A DNA stretch of 64,000 nucleotides from an uncultured Lentisphaeraceae bacterium (GCA_949289005.1 CASEMQ010000033.1:1472-65471), one strand, 5' to 3'; shown: positions 47,986 to 55,578, counted from the stretch's first letter. Made by a program: numbers and translations. The notes: generated from the sequence alone by a model not told the origin.

Positions 47986-49224
47986 TCACTCCTTGCGCAG
48001 GGCATCGATGGGGTTCATGGCGGCGGCGCGCCAGGCGGGCAGGAGGGAGGCCAGCGCGCAGAAGACGACGACGAGCGCGGTGACTTGGGCGATCTCGGCG
48101 GGGATCACGCGCCAGGGCAGGGCGTCGAGGCCGTAGACGGCCTTGGGGAAGACCTCGAGGCCGAAGCGCGCGAGGAGGTCGACGAGGTTTTGCAGGTTGT
48201 GCAGGGTGAGGAAGGCCAGGCCGATGCCCAGCGCCGTGCCCAGCAGGCACTGCACCCAGCCGTAGAGCACGAAGGCGAGAGTGAGGCGGAAGGTGGAGAA
48301 GCCGATGGATTTGAGCAGGCCAATCTCGTTGGTCTTCTGCACGGTGATGACGATGATGGTGTTCACCACGCAGAAGATGGCCACCACGCTGATGAAGATG
48401 AGCAGGAGCGTCATCATGTTCTTCTCGGTGGCCACCGCGTTGAAGATGAGGCGGTCGAGCTGCTGCCACGTGCTCACGCGGCAACGCCCCGGCCCGTAGA
48501 CGCCGTCCACGGCCTCGCGCACGGCCGCCACCACGCCTTCGCCCGGGCGCAACGCGTGCGGGTCGCCCACGCGCAGGCTCAGGCTGTTCGCGCCCGCGTC
48601 CAGCCCCGCCAAATCGCGCGCCACGGGCAGGGAGACAAAGACGTAGCCGCCGTCGTACTCCGCCTGGCCGGTGGAATAAACCCCCCGCACCGTCAGCCGC
48701 TCGGGGAAATAGATCTCGTCGCGGTCGATCAGGTTCATCGGCGAGTAGACCAGCAGCTCGTCCCCCACGCCGATGCCCAGCATCCGCGCCATGTCCACCC
48801 CGATCACCACCCCGTCGCCCGAAAGGTCAAAGGCGCCGTTCCACATCGCGATGGGCAGCATCTTCCGGATCCGCCCCGCGTCCACCCCCAACAAAATCGG
48901 CGCCAAAATCCGCCGGTTGTACTCCACCAACACCCGCGTCTCGATGCTCGGCGACGACGCCACCACCCCCGGCACCGCCTCCACCGCCGCGCACAGCGCC
49001 TCCACCTCCCCCAACGTCCCCCGATACGCCGGCTGCACCACGATATGCGGCTTGAACGCCAAAATCTTGCTCTGCCACGTGTCCCCAAAGCCCGTGAACA
49101 CCGCGCGCACGATAATCACGATCGCCACGCCAATCGTGACCCCAAGCACCGAAAGCAACGTCACCACCGACGCCACCCCCCGCTTAGGCCGAAGATACTT
49201 CAATGCCAGAAAGAGTGAGAACAT
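47986..49224 (-). CDS. lolE: Lipoprotein-releasing system permease (LolC/E family)
   Basis: MFSLFLALKYLRPKR start and the FtsX-like C-terminal domain (KTNEIGLLKSIGFS). Confidence 0.88.
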   Translation of the reverse strand: MFSLFLALKYLRPKRGVASVVTLLSVLGVTIGVAIVIIVRAVFTGFGDTWQSKILAFKPHIVVQPAYRGTLGEVEALCAAVEAVPGVVASSPSIETRVLVEYNRRILAPILLGVDAGRIRKMLPIAMWNGAFDLSGDGVVIGVDMARMLGIGVGDELLVYSPMNLIDRDEIYFPERLTVRGVYSTGQAEYDGGYVFVSLPVARDLAGLDAGANSLSLRVGDPHALRPGEGVVAAVREAVDGVYGPGRCRVSTWQQLDRLIFNAVATEKNMMTLLLIFISVVAIFCVVNTIIVITVQKTNEIGLLKSIGFSTFRLTLAFVLYGWVQCLLGTALGIGLAFLTLHNLQNLVDLLARFGLEVFPKAVYGLDALPWRVIPAEIAQVTALVVVFCALASLLPAWRAAAMNPIDALRKE

Positions 49225-49317
49225 GCCCGCATTATAACATATGGAAGCCCGGGAGGGTGGCGGGAGACGAGTGGCGCGATGCCCCCCGGAACCGCCGGGG
49301 TCGGGGAACCGCAAAGG

Positions 49318-49480
49318 CTTGTCGATAACTTTGCGAAACCTGTTGAAAACCTGTTGAGAGCGGGCGGGGCCCAAAGGGGCGAAAAACCCCTTTTCAATCA
49401 GGGAGCGGGGTCATTTCCCGAGACACGCCGTATCGCTCCCCGAGACACGCCGCATCCCGGGGCGAGGCACGCCGCGCCCC
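49318..49480. repeat. Copy B of the ~165-bp dispersed intergenic element
   Basis: See 30685-30850. The same conserved blocks occur in the same order and orientation, again upstream of a minus-strand gene. Confidence 0.75.
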
Positions 49481-49506
49481 GAACAAGGGGTCGGGCGGGC
49501 GGCGAC

Positions 49507-49549
49507 AAAAAAAGGCGGGCGACGGTGTATGCCGTCGCCCGCCTTTTTT
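49507..49549. terminator. Bidirectional terminator at the left end of the phage-like cluster
   Basis: A7-GGCGGGCGACGG-tgtatg-CCGTCGCCCGCC-T6. Confidence 0.8.
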
Positions 49550-49587
49550 GTCTCGCTCGCGGGTGCCGCCGGGGGCGCGTGCGCCAA

Positions 49588-49980
49588 TCAGAGGCGACGG
49601 CGGAGCGCCGCGCCGGCGAGGCCGAGCGCGAGCAGGGCCAGCGCCGTGGGCTCGGGGATGGGGGCGATGCCGAGCTCCTCGCACATCGAGAGGTAGAGTT
49701 CGTTGGGGTCGGCGATGCAAGCGGAACCGTCCTTCACGGAATCCTCCTCAATGGAGCGCACGCTCCACGTGGCGTCGCCCGCGTAGACGTCCTTGCCGGA
49801 GACGGCCCGGCCCCACTCGCGGTAGAAGAGCGTGTTGGAGAAGGTCAGGTCCTCGAAGGTGGCGACGGCTTGGCCATTGACGCTCAGGTAAATGTCGTAG
49901 GCGTAGGGGCCGCCGGAGTTGGTGCCGGAGGTGCCCAGGATGGCGAGGCCGAGCACGTCGGTGGCGTTGTATTCTCTCAC
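49588..49980 (-). CDS. Small protein ending in a PEP-CTERM sorting signal
   Basis: C-terminus PIPEPTALALLALGLAGAALRRRL (PEP motif, TM, basic tail). The start is uncertain (GTG 49980, no RBS) and there is no obvious signal peptide. Confidence 0.5.
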   Translation of the reverse strand: MREYNATDVLGLAILGTSGTNSGGPYAYDIYLSVNGQAVATFEDLTFSNTLFYREWGRAVSGKDVYAGDATWSVRSIEEDSVKDGSACIADPNELYLSMCEELGIAPIPEPTALALLALGLAGAALRRRL

Positions 49981-49997
49981 TCTGTGTGAGAAAATTA

Positions 49998-51620
49998 TCA
50001 AGGGGTTTGAGAATGGAGGGGATAGGGGGCGTGGCGGTGGAAGGTGAGGGTGGCGGGGAGGATGGGGGTGGTGGGGCCGTCGAAGGAGCCGGTGGCGGAG
50101 CCAAGGTAGAAGGCGAAGGGGCCGGGGCCGGAGCCTTTGTAGGCGAGGGTTCGGGTCTGCCAGGGGAGGAGGTGTTGGCCGTCGTCCTCGAAGAGGCCGG
50201 TGAGGGGGATGCGGAGGATGGTGGCGTAGATGCCGTGGCCGACGTAGGGGGTGTTGAGGATTTCGGGCTGGGGGGCGTTGTCTTGGGGGGTGATGGGGTC
50301 GTAGGAGTTGGCGCAGAAGGCGACGTAGGCGGAGGCGCCTTTGGGGAGGGGGTTGGTGCCGTCGCCGGTGAAGAGGGTGACGCGGAGGGTGAAGTCGATG
50401 CCTTCGCAGCTTTCGTGCCAGTGCCAGAGGATGGGGACGTGGCGTTGGGCCCAGTCGGCGGGGCGTTGGGGGGCGTCGCCGTTCTTGGCGCACCAGTCTC
50501 CGGGGAAGTCGTCGGGGAAGGCGGGGGCGAGGGTGAGGGGGGTGGTGACGGCGGTGCGGGGGGCGTTGTCGGCGGCGGCGAAGGGGACGGCGGGGAGGGC
50601 GTCGACGAGGCCTTCGGTGGGTTCGGAGCGTGCGTAGACGCAGCGGCTACCGAGGTAGTAGAGGCCGGGGCGGTAGGGGCCGGTCTGTTCGTTGGGGGCG
50701 GGGAGGAAGGCTTGGAGGGCGGCGTCCATGCCGGGGGCGCCGTGGGAGGGGAGCGCGCGGAACCAGGCGGCGGGGTCGGCGGGGTCGATGTTTTGGGCGG
50801 CGACGTAGGGGACGTCGGTGGGGATGAGGCCGTCGGCGGAGGCGCGAACCATGTCGTGGAAGAGGCCGAGGATGGTGGGGGCGGCGTCGAGGGGATAGGC
50901 GGGGCCGACGGCCGAGGGTGAGCCGGAGGCGTCGGGCGCGTAGAGGGGGATGAGGCCGAGGGAGGCGCCGCCCTGGCCGGTGGCCTCGGGCCAGGGGTGG
51001 GCCTCGGCGTCGGGCGGGACGCTGGCGACGGGGTTGCCCGCCACGTCGGCGCCGGCCTCGGAGGCGCGGTGGAGGAACTGGGCGCAGGCGTTGGTGCCGG
51101 GGCGCATGGCGAACTCCAGGCCCACCTGCACACTGGGGTCGACCCCTTGGACGACGGGGCCGTAGTAGCGCTTGGCGACGACGAGGCGGAGGCGGCCGTT
51201 GGGGGAGCAGGAGAGACGCCGTGAGCCCTTGGCGTGGAGGACGTGGGCCTGCGCGAGACGGGGCTGGCACCAATACTGGCCGCTTCCGCCGTTCGCCGCC
51301 CGGATGGCGGCGAGGATGCGGGCCTGCCCGGCGGCGTCGACGCCGTGTTCCTCGCCCCACTCCTCCAGGCTCTGCCAGGCGAGGGAGTCGGCGCCGTCGG
51401 GGATGGCGACCTGGGCGTGGCCGTCCCCGGTCTCCTCCCGCGAATAGTAGAAGACGGGGAAGCCGGCCTGGACGAGCGCCACGGGGTCCCAGACCCCGGG
51501 GTTATAAAGGGCGTTGGCCAGGCCGGGGATGGTGTAGTCCATGACCCAGGAGGGGTGCAGCTCCCGGGCGGGCTTGGCCGAGCCGCTGCCGGCCACTTTC
51601 ATGCGCATGATGCCGTTCAT
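49998..51620 (-). CDS. Phage-cluster protein of unknown function (540 aa)
   Basis: ATG is preceded by GACAGAAAGGAG. Balanced translation. Last large ORF of the cluster. Confidence 0.65.
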   Translation of the reverse strand: MNGIMRMKVAGSGSAKPARELHPSWVMDYTIPGLANALYNPGVWDPVALVQAGFPVFYYSREETGDGHAQVAIPDGADSLAWQSLEEWGEEHGVDAAGQARILAAIRAANGGSGQYWCQPRLAQAHVLHAKGSRRLSCSPNGRLRLVVAKRYYGPVVQGVDPSVQVGLEFAMRPGTNACAQFLHRASEAGADVAGNPVASVPPDAEAHPWPEATGQGGASLGLIPLYAPDASGSPSAVGPAYPLDAAPTILGLFHDMVRASADGLIPTDVPYVAAQNIDPADPAAWFRALPSHGAPGMDAALQAFLPAPNEQTGPYRPGLYYLGSRCVYARSEPTEGLVDALPAVPFAAADNAPRTAVTTPLTLAPAFPDDFPGDWCAKNGDAPQRPADWAQRHVPILWHWHESCEGIDFTLRVTLFTGDGTNPLPKGASAYVAFCANSYDPITPQDNAPQPEILNTPYVGHGIYATILRIPLTGLFEDDGQHLLPWQTRTLAYKGSGPGPFAFYLGSATGSFDGPTTPILPATLTFHRHAPYPLHSQTP

Positions 51621-51765
51621 GGTCTCGCTCCTTTCTGTCGCTCGCGCGAATCGTGAATCGTAAATCGCGAATCGTTTTGTCGGTGGGGCTCCGCCCCACG
51701 CCCTTTCGGCTTCTCCGTCGCCCCGAAGGGGCGGGACTATTTACCAATTACCATTTACCAATTAC
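51621..51765 (-). repeat. Junction element: GAATCG-type array + two GC hairpins + TTTACCA-type array
   Basis: CGAATCGTGAATCGTAAATCGCGAATCG (51647-51674). GTGGGGC-tcc-GCCCCAC. GTCGCCCC-gaa-GGGGCGGG (51717-51735). TATTTACCAATTACCATTTACCAATTAC (51738-51765), which runs over the stop codon of the upstream gene. Confidence 0.85.
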
Positions 51766-52817
51766 TCGCCGGCTCCGCCGGCGGTCTCGTGGGTGGTGGT
51801 TTCGTTGACCTCCTCCACCTCGGTCTGGAGGAGGGTCTCGGGCGGTTCCTCGGTCTTGGTACCGAAGAAGGTGAGGGTGGTGGACGCGGCGGTGATGGCG
51901 CCGGTGCCGGTCTCGTCGGCGGGGGGCGTGTAGGTGAGCTTGGCGTGGAGCTCGGCGGAGACCTGGGTGAGCCAGGCGGCGGGGTCGGGCTCGGTGAGGA
52001 AGAGGAGGGGCGCCTCCAGCGTGCGGATCTCGTCGGCGCCGGCGGCGAGGCTCTGGGTGCGCACGGCCACCTTGGCGAGGGTGTGGGCGTAGACGTGGGC
52101 GGGGGGATAGGGCGTGCCGTCGGCCTTCGTCTTCCGCTCGAAGAGCCACTGCGACTGCGCGGGGTCGGCGGCGTTCTCCACCCAGCGCCAACGCCCGAGG
52201 TATTGGGCGATGCGCGCCTTGCCCTCGACGGTCTCGCGGACGATGGGGCCGAGCTGGTCGCCCGCGTCGCCCACGGCGTCCAGCCAGACGTTTCCCACCC
52301 AGATCTGCGTGACGGCGCCGGCGTCGTCGATCTCGGCCAGGTGGCGCAGGGGGGTGGCCGCGTCGTCCATCTCGCTTTTCAGGCCCAGGTGGAAGGCGCC
52401 CGCCGCGTCGCGCCAGAGCCAGGGGTCGTTGTCGCCCGCCGTGCCGCCGGCGAGGTCCAGGTCGGCGAGCCAGTCGGCGGTGGCGGGGTCGTCGGCCTCC
52501 GGGTCGCGCGTCCAGGAGGAGGGGGTGGCGAGCGTCTGCGCCTCGCCCAGGAGGTAGACGCGGCCGAAGCGGACGCGCAGGGTGGCCGTGCCGGCCTCCG
52601 GGTCGATGGCGACGGTGCACTGGAAGGGCTGGGGCTTGGCGGCGGCCACGGCCGCGCGCGACGCCGCGGCCGCCGCGTCGATGAAGACGCCGCCTGGGGT
52701 CTGCCGGAGGCGGACGTTCGAGCCCGCGAGGGGGCGGTTTTGGCGGATGGCCTCGACGAGGGCGTTCCAGAGGTCGGCGGTGAGGCGTTGGCCGCGGATG
52801 GCGCGGGGTGGGATCAT
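51762..52817 (-). CDS. Phage-cluster protein of unknown function (351 aa)
   Basis: ATG is preceded by CGACTGAAAGGAG. Asp/Ala/Thr-rich with no coiled-coil character. Confidence 0.65.
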   Translation of the reverse strand: MIPPRAIRGQRLTADLWNALVEAIRQNRPLAGSNVRLRQTPGGVFIDAAAAASRAAVAAAKPQPFQCTVAIDPEAGTATLRVRFGRVYLLGEAQTLATPSSWTRDPEADDPATADWLADLDLAGGTAGDNDPWLWRDAAGAFHLGLKSEMDDAATPLRHLAEIDDAGAVTQIWVGNVWLDAVGDAGDQLGPIVRETVEGKARIAQYLGRWRWVENAADPAQSQWLFERKTKADGTPYPPAHVYAHTLAKVAVRTQSLAAGADEIRTLEAPLLFLTEPDPAAWLTQVSAELHAKLTYTPPADETGTGAITAASTTLTFFGTKTEEPPETLLQTEVEEVNETTTHETAGGAGE

Positions 52818-52942
52818 GGGGGGCTCCTTTCAGTCGCACGGAAGTTTGGAAGTTTGGAAGTTTGGCTGATTGGTGGCGCGCGGCAAGCCGCGCGACGGAC
52901 GGGTGCGTTCCAATCAGCCAAACCTCCAATCAGCCAATCACC
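52818..52942 (-). repeat. Junction element: inverted GGAAGTTT / CCAAAC arrays around a GC hairpin
   Basis: GGAAGTTTGGAAGTTTGGAAGTTTGGCTGATTGG (52840-52873), GCGCGCGG-caag-CCGCGCGA, CCAATCAGCCAAACCTCCAATCAGCCAATCACC (52910-52942). The arms pair over ~33 positions, including G-U pairs and a few mismatches. Confidence 0.85.
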
Positions 52943-53147
52943 GGCGCGCCGTCAGGCGCGCCATGAGTTCCTCCTCCAGGAGGGTGAAGCCCTTTGAGCC
53001 GGCGACGGCGCTCTTCCATTGCCGGAAGAGGAGGGCGAGCTGTGCGGCGGGGAGGCGGTGGAGGAGGTGGTGCAGCGGCCAGTGGTAGGTGCGCGCCGCC
53101 CACTCCGCCAGGGCGATCAGCCAGCCGTTGCCGGCGAGGCTTTTTTT
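52938..53147 (-). CDS. -1 frame extension of the chaperone-like gene (putative GT-like frameshift product, +67 aa)
   Basis: It has no start codon of its own. It is open from the A7 run to the TGA at 52938. GC3 is very high and the peptide looks natural (GNGWLIALAEWAARTYHWPLHHLL...). Confidence 0.5.
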   Translation of the reverse strand, partial: KKSLAGNGWLIALAEWAARTYHWPLHHLLHRLPAAQLALLFRQWKSAVAGSKGFTLLEEELMARLTARR

Positions 53148-53590
53148 GGCGCGTCCCCCTCCGGCCCCGGGAGCAGCGCGTAGAAGGCGCGGAGGGCCTT
53201 GAGGGCGGCGACCCAGCGCCGGGAGAAGTCGGCGGGCCTGAGGGTGTCGGCCCAGGCGAAGGCGTCCTCCGTCAGCGTCCTGAGGTGCTTGGCGCCCTGC
53301 GCGGAAGGCAGGCTGAGCAGGTAGAGCCCGGGGATGACGTCGGCGGCGGTCTGCTCGCCGCCGCCCAGCAGGGGGCTCTTGATCTTCTCCAGCAGGGCCA
53401 CCTGGCCGAGGGTGAGGGGGGCGGGGTCGGCGAGGGCGTCGAGGGCGGCCTGGGGGTTGCCGGCGGCGTTTTCGTGAATCGCGAATCGCGAATCGCGAAT
53501 CGTCTCGGGGTGGGGCTCCGCCCCACGCCCCTTCGGCTCGGTTGGCGCCCCCTGCGGGGCGTCCGGCTTGTCTGTGTCCGTTGCGTTCAT
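53117..53590 (-). CDS. Tail-assembly-chaperone-like protein (G-like, 157 aa)
   Basis: Sits directly downstream of the tube-like gene. GGAG RBS. Ends 22 nt after an A AAA AAA slippery heptamer. Confidence 0.55.
   Translation of the reverse strand: MNATDTDKPDAPQGAPTEPKGRGAEPHPETIRDSRFAIHENAAGNPQAALDALADPAPLTLGQVALLEKIKSPLLGGGEQTAADVIPGLYLLSLPSAQGAKHLRTLTEDAFAWADTLRPADFSRRWVAALKALRAFYALLPGPEGDAPKKASPATAG
53141..53147 (-). promoter_or_regulatory. Putative -1 programmed ribosomal frameshift site A AAA AAA
   Basis: Seven A on the coding strand, phased as X XXY YYZ in the zero frame (CCA AAA AAA GCC). Confidence 0.5.
53474..53502 (-). repeat. Inverted copy (28/29) of the CGATTCGCGATTCAC 29-mer, inside the chaperone-like CDS
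   Basis: GTGAATCGCGAATCGCGAATCGCGAATCG is the reverse complement of 53633-53661 with one mismatch. The two arms bracket the RBS and start codon. Confidence 0.9.
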
Positions 53591-53679
53591 TGCTTGTTCT
53601 CCGGTTGGTTTGTCGCGCGCTTGCCGCGCGGGCGATTCGCGATTCACGATTCGCGATTCACGGCGCGGCGAAGCCGCGC
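53591..53679 (-). repeat. Junction element with the CGATTCGCGATTCACGATTCGCGATTCAC 29-mer and GC hairpins
   Basis: 29-mer at 53633-53661, identical to the copies at 57673-57701 and 63829-63857. Flanked by GC hairpins (GGCGCGGC-gaa-GCCGCGCT on the 3' side). Confidence 0.9.
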
Positions 53680-54048
53680 TCAGGACGCGCTGGGCCAGTT
53701 CTCGTAACGTTCGAGGGTGAGGACGAGCTTGCGGAAGTCGCGGTTGCTCTCGATCTCGCGGCAGGAGAGGATGGCGAAGGTCTTGGTGCCGACGGTGAGG
53801 GTTTCGGTGCTCCCGGCGGAGAAGGTGGGGAGGTCGACGGTGGTGGGCGCCAGGAGGGTGGCGGTGACGGTCGTCTTCTTGTCGTAGTCCTGGCGGTGGA
53901 CCACGGCGCCGTTCTGGTCCTGGCAGTAGGCCACCTGGGTCTCGTCTGCGCACTCCCAGTCGGTGATGATGCACGTGGCGTAGTCGCCGCCAAGGGATTT
54001 GTCCACGCCCCAGCCGGGGGTCGTGATGTCTGCGGGGTTGGTTGCCAT
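53680..54048 (-). CDS. Small major tail (tube)-like protein, 122 aa
   Basis: Beta-rich and Thr-rich, of the size typical for siphovirus/GTA tube proteins. Sits immediately upstream of the frameshifting pair. The call rests on position and composition only. Confidence 0.45.
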   Translation of the reverse strand: MATNPADITTPGWGVDKSLGGDYATCIITDWECADETQVAYCQDQNGAVVHRQDYDKKTTVTATLLAPTTVDLPTFSAGSTETLTVGTKTFAILSCREIESNRDFRKLVLTLERYENWPSAS

Positions 54049-54215
54049 GGGGTTCACTCCTTTCGTTCGTTTCACTCACTTCAGTCGTTCGCGTGAACGG
54101 TTATCGGTTATCGGTGAACGGTTGGCGCTTCCGCGCCTGCCTTCGGTTTGTCTGTCGCCCCGCAGGGGCGAACCGTTCACCGTTCACCGCTTTCCGTTCA
54201 CCCACGCGCGGGGCG
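54049..54215 (-). repeat. Junction element: inverted CGGTTATC/GGTGAAC arrays around GC hairpins
   Basis: GTGAACGGTTATCGGTTATCGGTGAACGGTTGG (54093-54125), GGCGC-ttcc-GCGCC, GTCGCCCC-gca-GGGGCGAAC (54154-54173), GAACCGTTCACCGTTCACCGCTTTCCGTTCACCC (54170-54203). Confidence 0.85.
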
Positions 54216-54614
54216 CTACCGCGCCACGAGCGTGTCAAAGGTGGCGGTGGCCTGGAAGAGGTCGACCTGGGGTACGTGCTCGACGGTGCGGAGCATGAGG
54301 TTGGGTCCGTCGAGGGCGAGGGCGGCGTGCCAGGCGGCGTCGAGGGCGGTGGCGGCCTGTGGGCGGGCGCGGTTGAGCGTGGGGTTCTCGAGGGCGAGGA
54401 GCTCCACGCTCACGTTGAGGGCGGGGCGGTTGTTTTCGGCGCGGGGGGCGCGGAGGATGAGTGCGCAGCCGGTGCCGGAGAGGACGGCGCGCTCGACCTC
54501 GCTGAGGATGTCGAGCTGGTTCTCGATGAGGACGGCCACGCCGTGCTCGGCGTACCAGGGGTCGGCGTCGAGGGTGGCCTTCAGCCAGGCCAGCAGTGCT
54601 TGAATCGGGTTCAT
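54216..54614 (-). CDS. Phage structural-module protein, 132 aa (head-tail joining/tail terminator-like by position)
   Basis: GAAAGGAA RBS. Lies between the morphogenesis-like gene and the tube-like gene. No motif recognised. Confidence 0.5.
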   Translation of the reverse strand: MNPIQALLAWLKATLDADPWYAEHGVAVLIENQLDILSEVERAVLSGTGCALILRAPRAENNRPALNVSVELLALENPTLNRARPQAATALDAAWHAALALDGPNLMLRTVEHVPQVDLFQATATFDTLVAR

Positions 54615-54627
54615 GCTTTGTTCCTTT

Positions 54628-55215
54628 CTATCGTGCGGCGGCGGAGGCGGCGGTTTCGAGGGCGTTGAGGGCGGCGCGTGCGAGGGCGTCGTCGATGGTC
54701 TTTTGGTCGGGGAGGAGGGTCGGGTCGCGCCGTTGGGTGACGGAGGCGCAGAGGGCGTACATGGGGGTGAGTTTGCCGCCCTCCTCGGTGGCGAGGATGC
54801 GGGTGCCCTTGGGGCGGAAGAGATCGGCGCCGGAGAGGTTGGCAAACTCGCGGGGGCGTTTGCCGTAGGCCTCGGCGCGCAGGGGGATGGTGAGGGCCTT
54901 GGCGCGGCGCGGGCGGATGATCACGTCGCGCACGGCGCGGGCGATGCCGGGATGGGTCACGGAGACCTCGGCGTCGTTGGCGTGGGTGTGGAGGCTGACG
55001 GCCTTCTCGACATCCTTCCAGAAGCCGGAGGGAGGGGCGCCGAGGCGGTTGGCGGTGTCGTGGCGGGTCTCGGACACACGCGCCAGGTGGCGGATGATGA
55101 GGGTCTGGAGGGCGCCCGCGGCGGCCTTGGCCAAAAGCCCCGGGGTGATGCGCTCCACCCAGCGCCGCTGCCACCCGGCCAGCCGCTCCGCGGGAATGGT
55201 GATGGTTACGCTCAT
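54628..55215 (-). CDS. Phage virion-morphogenesis/head-tail joining-like protein, 195 aa
   Basis: The start overlaps the upstream stop (ATGA). The RBS sits in the loop of a GCAGGC/GCCTGC hairpin. The family assignment is tentative. Confidence 0.5.
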   Translation of the reverse strand: MSVTITIPAERLAGWQRRWVERITPGLLAKAAAGALQTLIIRHLARVSETRHDTANRLGAPPSGFWKDVEKAVSLHTHANDAEVSVTHPGIARAVRDVIIRPRRAKALTIPLRAEAYGKRPREFANLSGADLFRPKGTRILATEEGGKLTPMYALCASVTQRRDPTLLPDQKTIDDALARAALNALETAASAAAR

Positions 55216-55406
55216 GGCAGGCTCCCTTCGGTCGCCTGCGGAAGTTTGGAGGCTTGGAGGCTTGGAAGCTTGGTTTGTAACATCTCAATCTCGGTGCGCA
55301 GGGCGTTGAGTTCCTCCTCGTGGTCACGGTCGCGCATCATTGCGCTGATTGCCGCGGCCAGGAGAAAGCCGAGCAGGATGCAAAGGATAACGTCAAAGAG
55401 GTTCAT
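55212..55406 (-). CDS. Small single-pass membrane protein (64 aa)
   Basis: GGAAAGGAA RBS. N-terminal TM (ILCILLGFLLAAAISAMM) followed by a charged helix. The last ~15 codons are supplied by the CCAAGC array. Confidence 0.45.
   Translation of the reverse strand: MNLFDVILCILLGFLLAAAISAMMRDRDHEEELNALRTEIEMLQTKLPSLQASKLPQATEGSLP
55240..55273 (-). repeat. GGAAGNTT-type tandem array (solitary)
   Basis: GGAAGTTTGGAGGCTTGGAGGCTTGGAAGCTTGG. Confidence 0.85.
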
Positions 55407-55578
55407 GCTTGCATTCCTTTCCGATTTATGCGATAGTAAGGGCGTTCTTCAGGAAGGGCCGAAACGGCGGCGATGCTTCCTGACGGGCTATCGTGGGGCC
55501 GTCCCCGCTTGATACACTTTGGAAGGACGTAGGTGCCTTCCCTACCCCTTGGCGGCCGCTTCGGCGGTCGCCTTTTCT

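Noticed and set aside
30685-49480. The two ~165-bp repeats as attL/attR of an 18.6-kb island
   Set aside because: The enclosed genes are high-GC housekeeping or envelope genes (lnt, tig, thi4/thiE, lolCDE), and no integrase is present. The repeats are only block-wise similar, not exact.
49588-50493. 301-aa ORF as the full PEP-CTERM protein
   Set aside because: Everything upstream of ~49980 in that frame is Arg/Pro/His-rich and overlaps the 540-aa ORF. Only the last ~130 codons look coding.
53117-54079. 320-aa ORF as a single gene
   Set aside because: Its first half is an R/P/H-rich frame overlapping the tube-like gene. A proper RBS and ATG occur at 53590.
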